The position numbers and the translations under genes were made by a program. The notes under the pieces were generated by a model. The model worked only from the letters and a program-made list of their open reading frames with translations. It was not told the origin of the DNA and did no database searches. Source: Verrucomicrobiales bacterium (lineage in GTDB: Bacteria > Verrucomicrobiota > Verrucomicrobiia > Verrucomicrobiales > V1-33). Taken from it: a stretch of 64,000 nt of DNA. Below, piece by piece: positions 63,760 to 64,000 of this stretch (within the stretch, counting starts at the first letter, position 1; every line of letters begins with the position of its first letter). The stretch spans positions 1 through 64,000 of the forward strand of contig JANOAV010000041.1 of assembly GCA_031411295.1 (NCBI GenBank), written 5' to 3'.

Positions 63760-64000
63760 TTATTCCGCCAACCACTGGGCCGCAGTCTTTGCAAAATACG
63801 TCAGGATAAAATCCGCCCCCGCTCTCCGAATCCCCATCAGCGACTCCAACACGACGGCCTTCTCATTCACCCATCCATCCGCCGCCGCAGCTTTAATCAT
63901 GAGGTATTCGCCACTAACTTGATAGGCAGCGATCGGCAGATTGCTCTGCTGACGAAGGCGGTAAATGATGTCCAGATAAGGCCCGGCGGGCTTTACCATA
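63760..64000 (-). CDS. hemB: Porphobilinogen synthase, C-terminal part (gene runs off the window)
   Basis: [34 protein letters not shown]. Confidence 0.95.
   Translation of the reverse strand, partial: MVKPAGPYLDIIYRLRQQSNLPIAAYQVSGEYLMIKAAAADGWVNEKAVVLESLMGIRRAGADFILTYFAKTAAQWLAE

Noticed and set aside
1..64000. tRNA or rRNA genes
   Set aside because: No cloverleaf with T-loop GTTCGA and acceptor stem, and no rRNA-like stretch seen in the intergenic regions inspected by eye

Overview
GC-rich bacterial chromosomal window whose gene content points to Verrucomicrobiota (Verrucomicrobiaceae-like): DUF1080, DUF1501, DUF5069, PQQ-like propeller, delta-60 repeats and W-x3-DP-x2-A-x2-W helical-repeat proteins. 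The taxonomy is an inference. Housekeeping anchors are nusA-infB, cbpA-cbpM, a Gre-family factor, an RluA-family pseudouridine synthase and the 3' end of hemB. Between them lie sugar-catabolic and secreted beta-helix enzymes, two antitoxin/RelE-ParE modules, several gene remnants and GTAG-type REP-like hairpin clusters. Best candidate for an undescribed system: a three-gene operon (23215-30681) encoding a 626-aa type IV pilin-like protein ending in 2 delta-60 blades, a VKOR-DsbA-Ig fusion, and a ~1300-aa DUF11/SdrD-B adhesin ending in 5 delta-60 blades plus a spare strand. This suggests a split 2+5=7-bladed beta-propeller that docks a secreted adhesin onto a pilin. Other highlights: a BlaI repressor fused in frame to a separately startable histone-H1-like protein; a PHP/SMC-ATPase plus Schlafen-AlbA_2 candidate defence pair; a signal-peptide-bearing SpvB/FG-GAP/RHS toxin with an unknown C-terminus followed by an ORF broken by a 7-bp duplication; and a multi-stem RNA leader at 44575-44755. 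All calls come from reading motifs by eye; no database searches were run.
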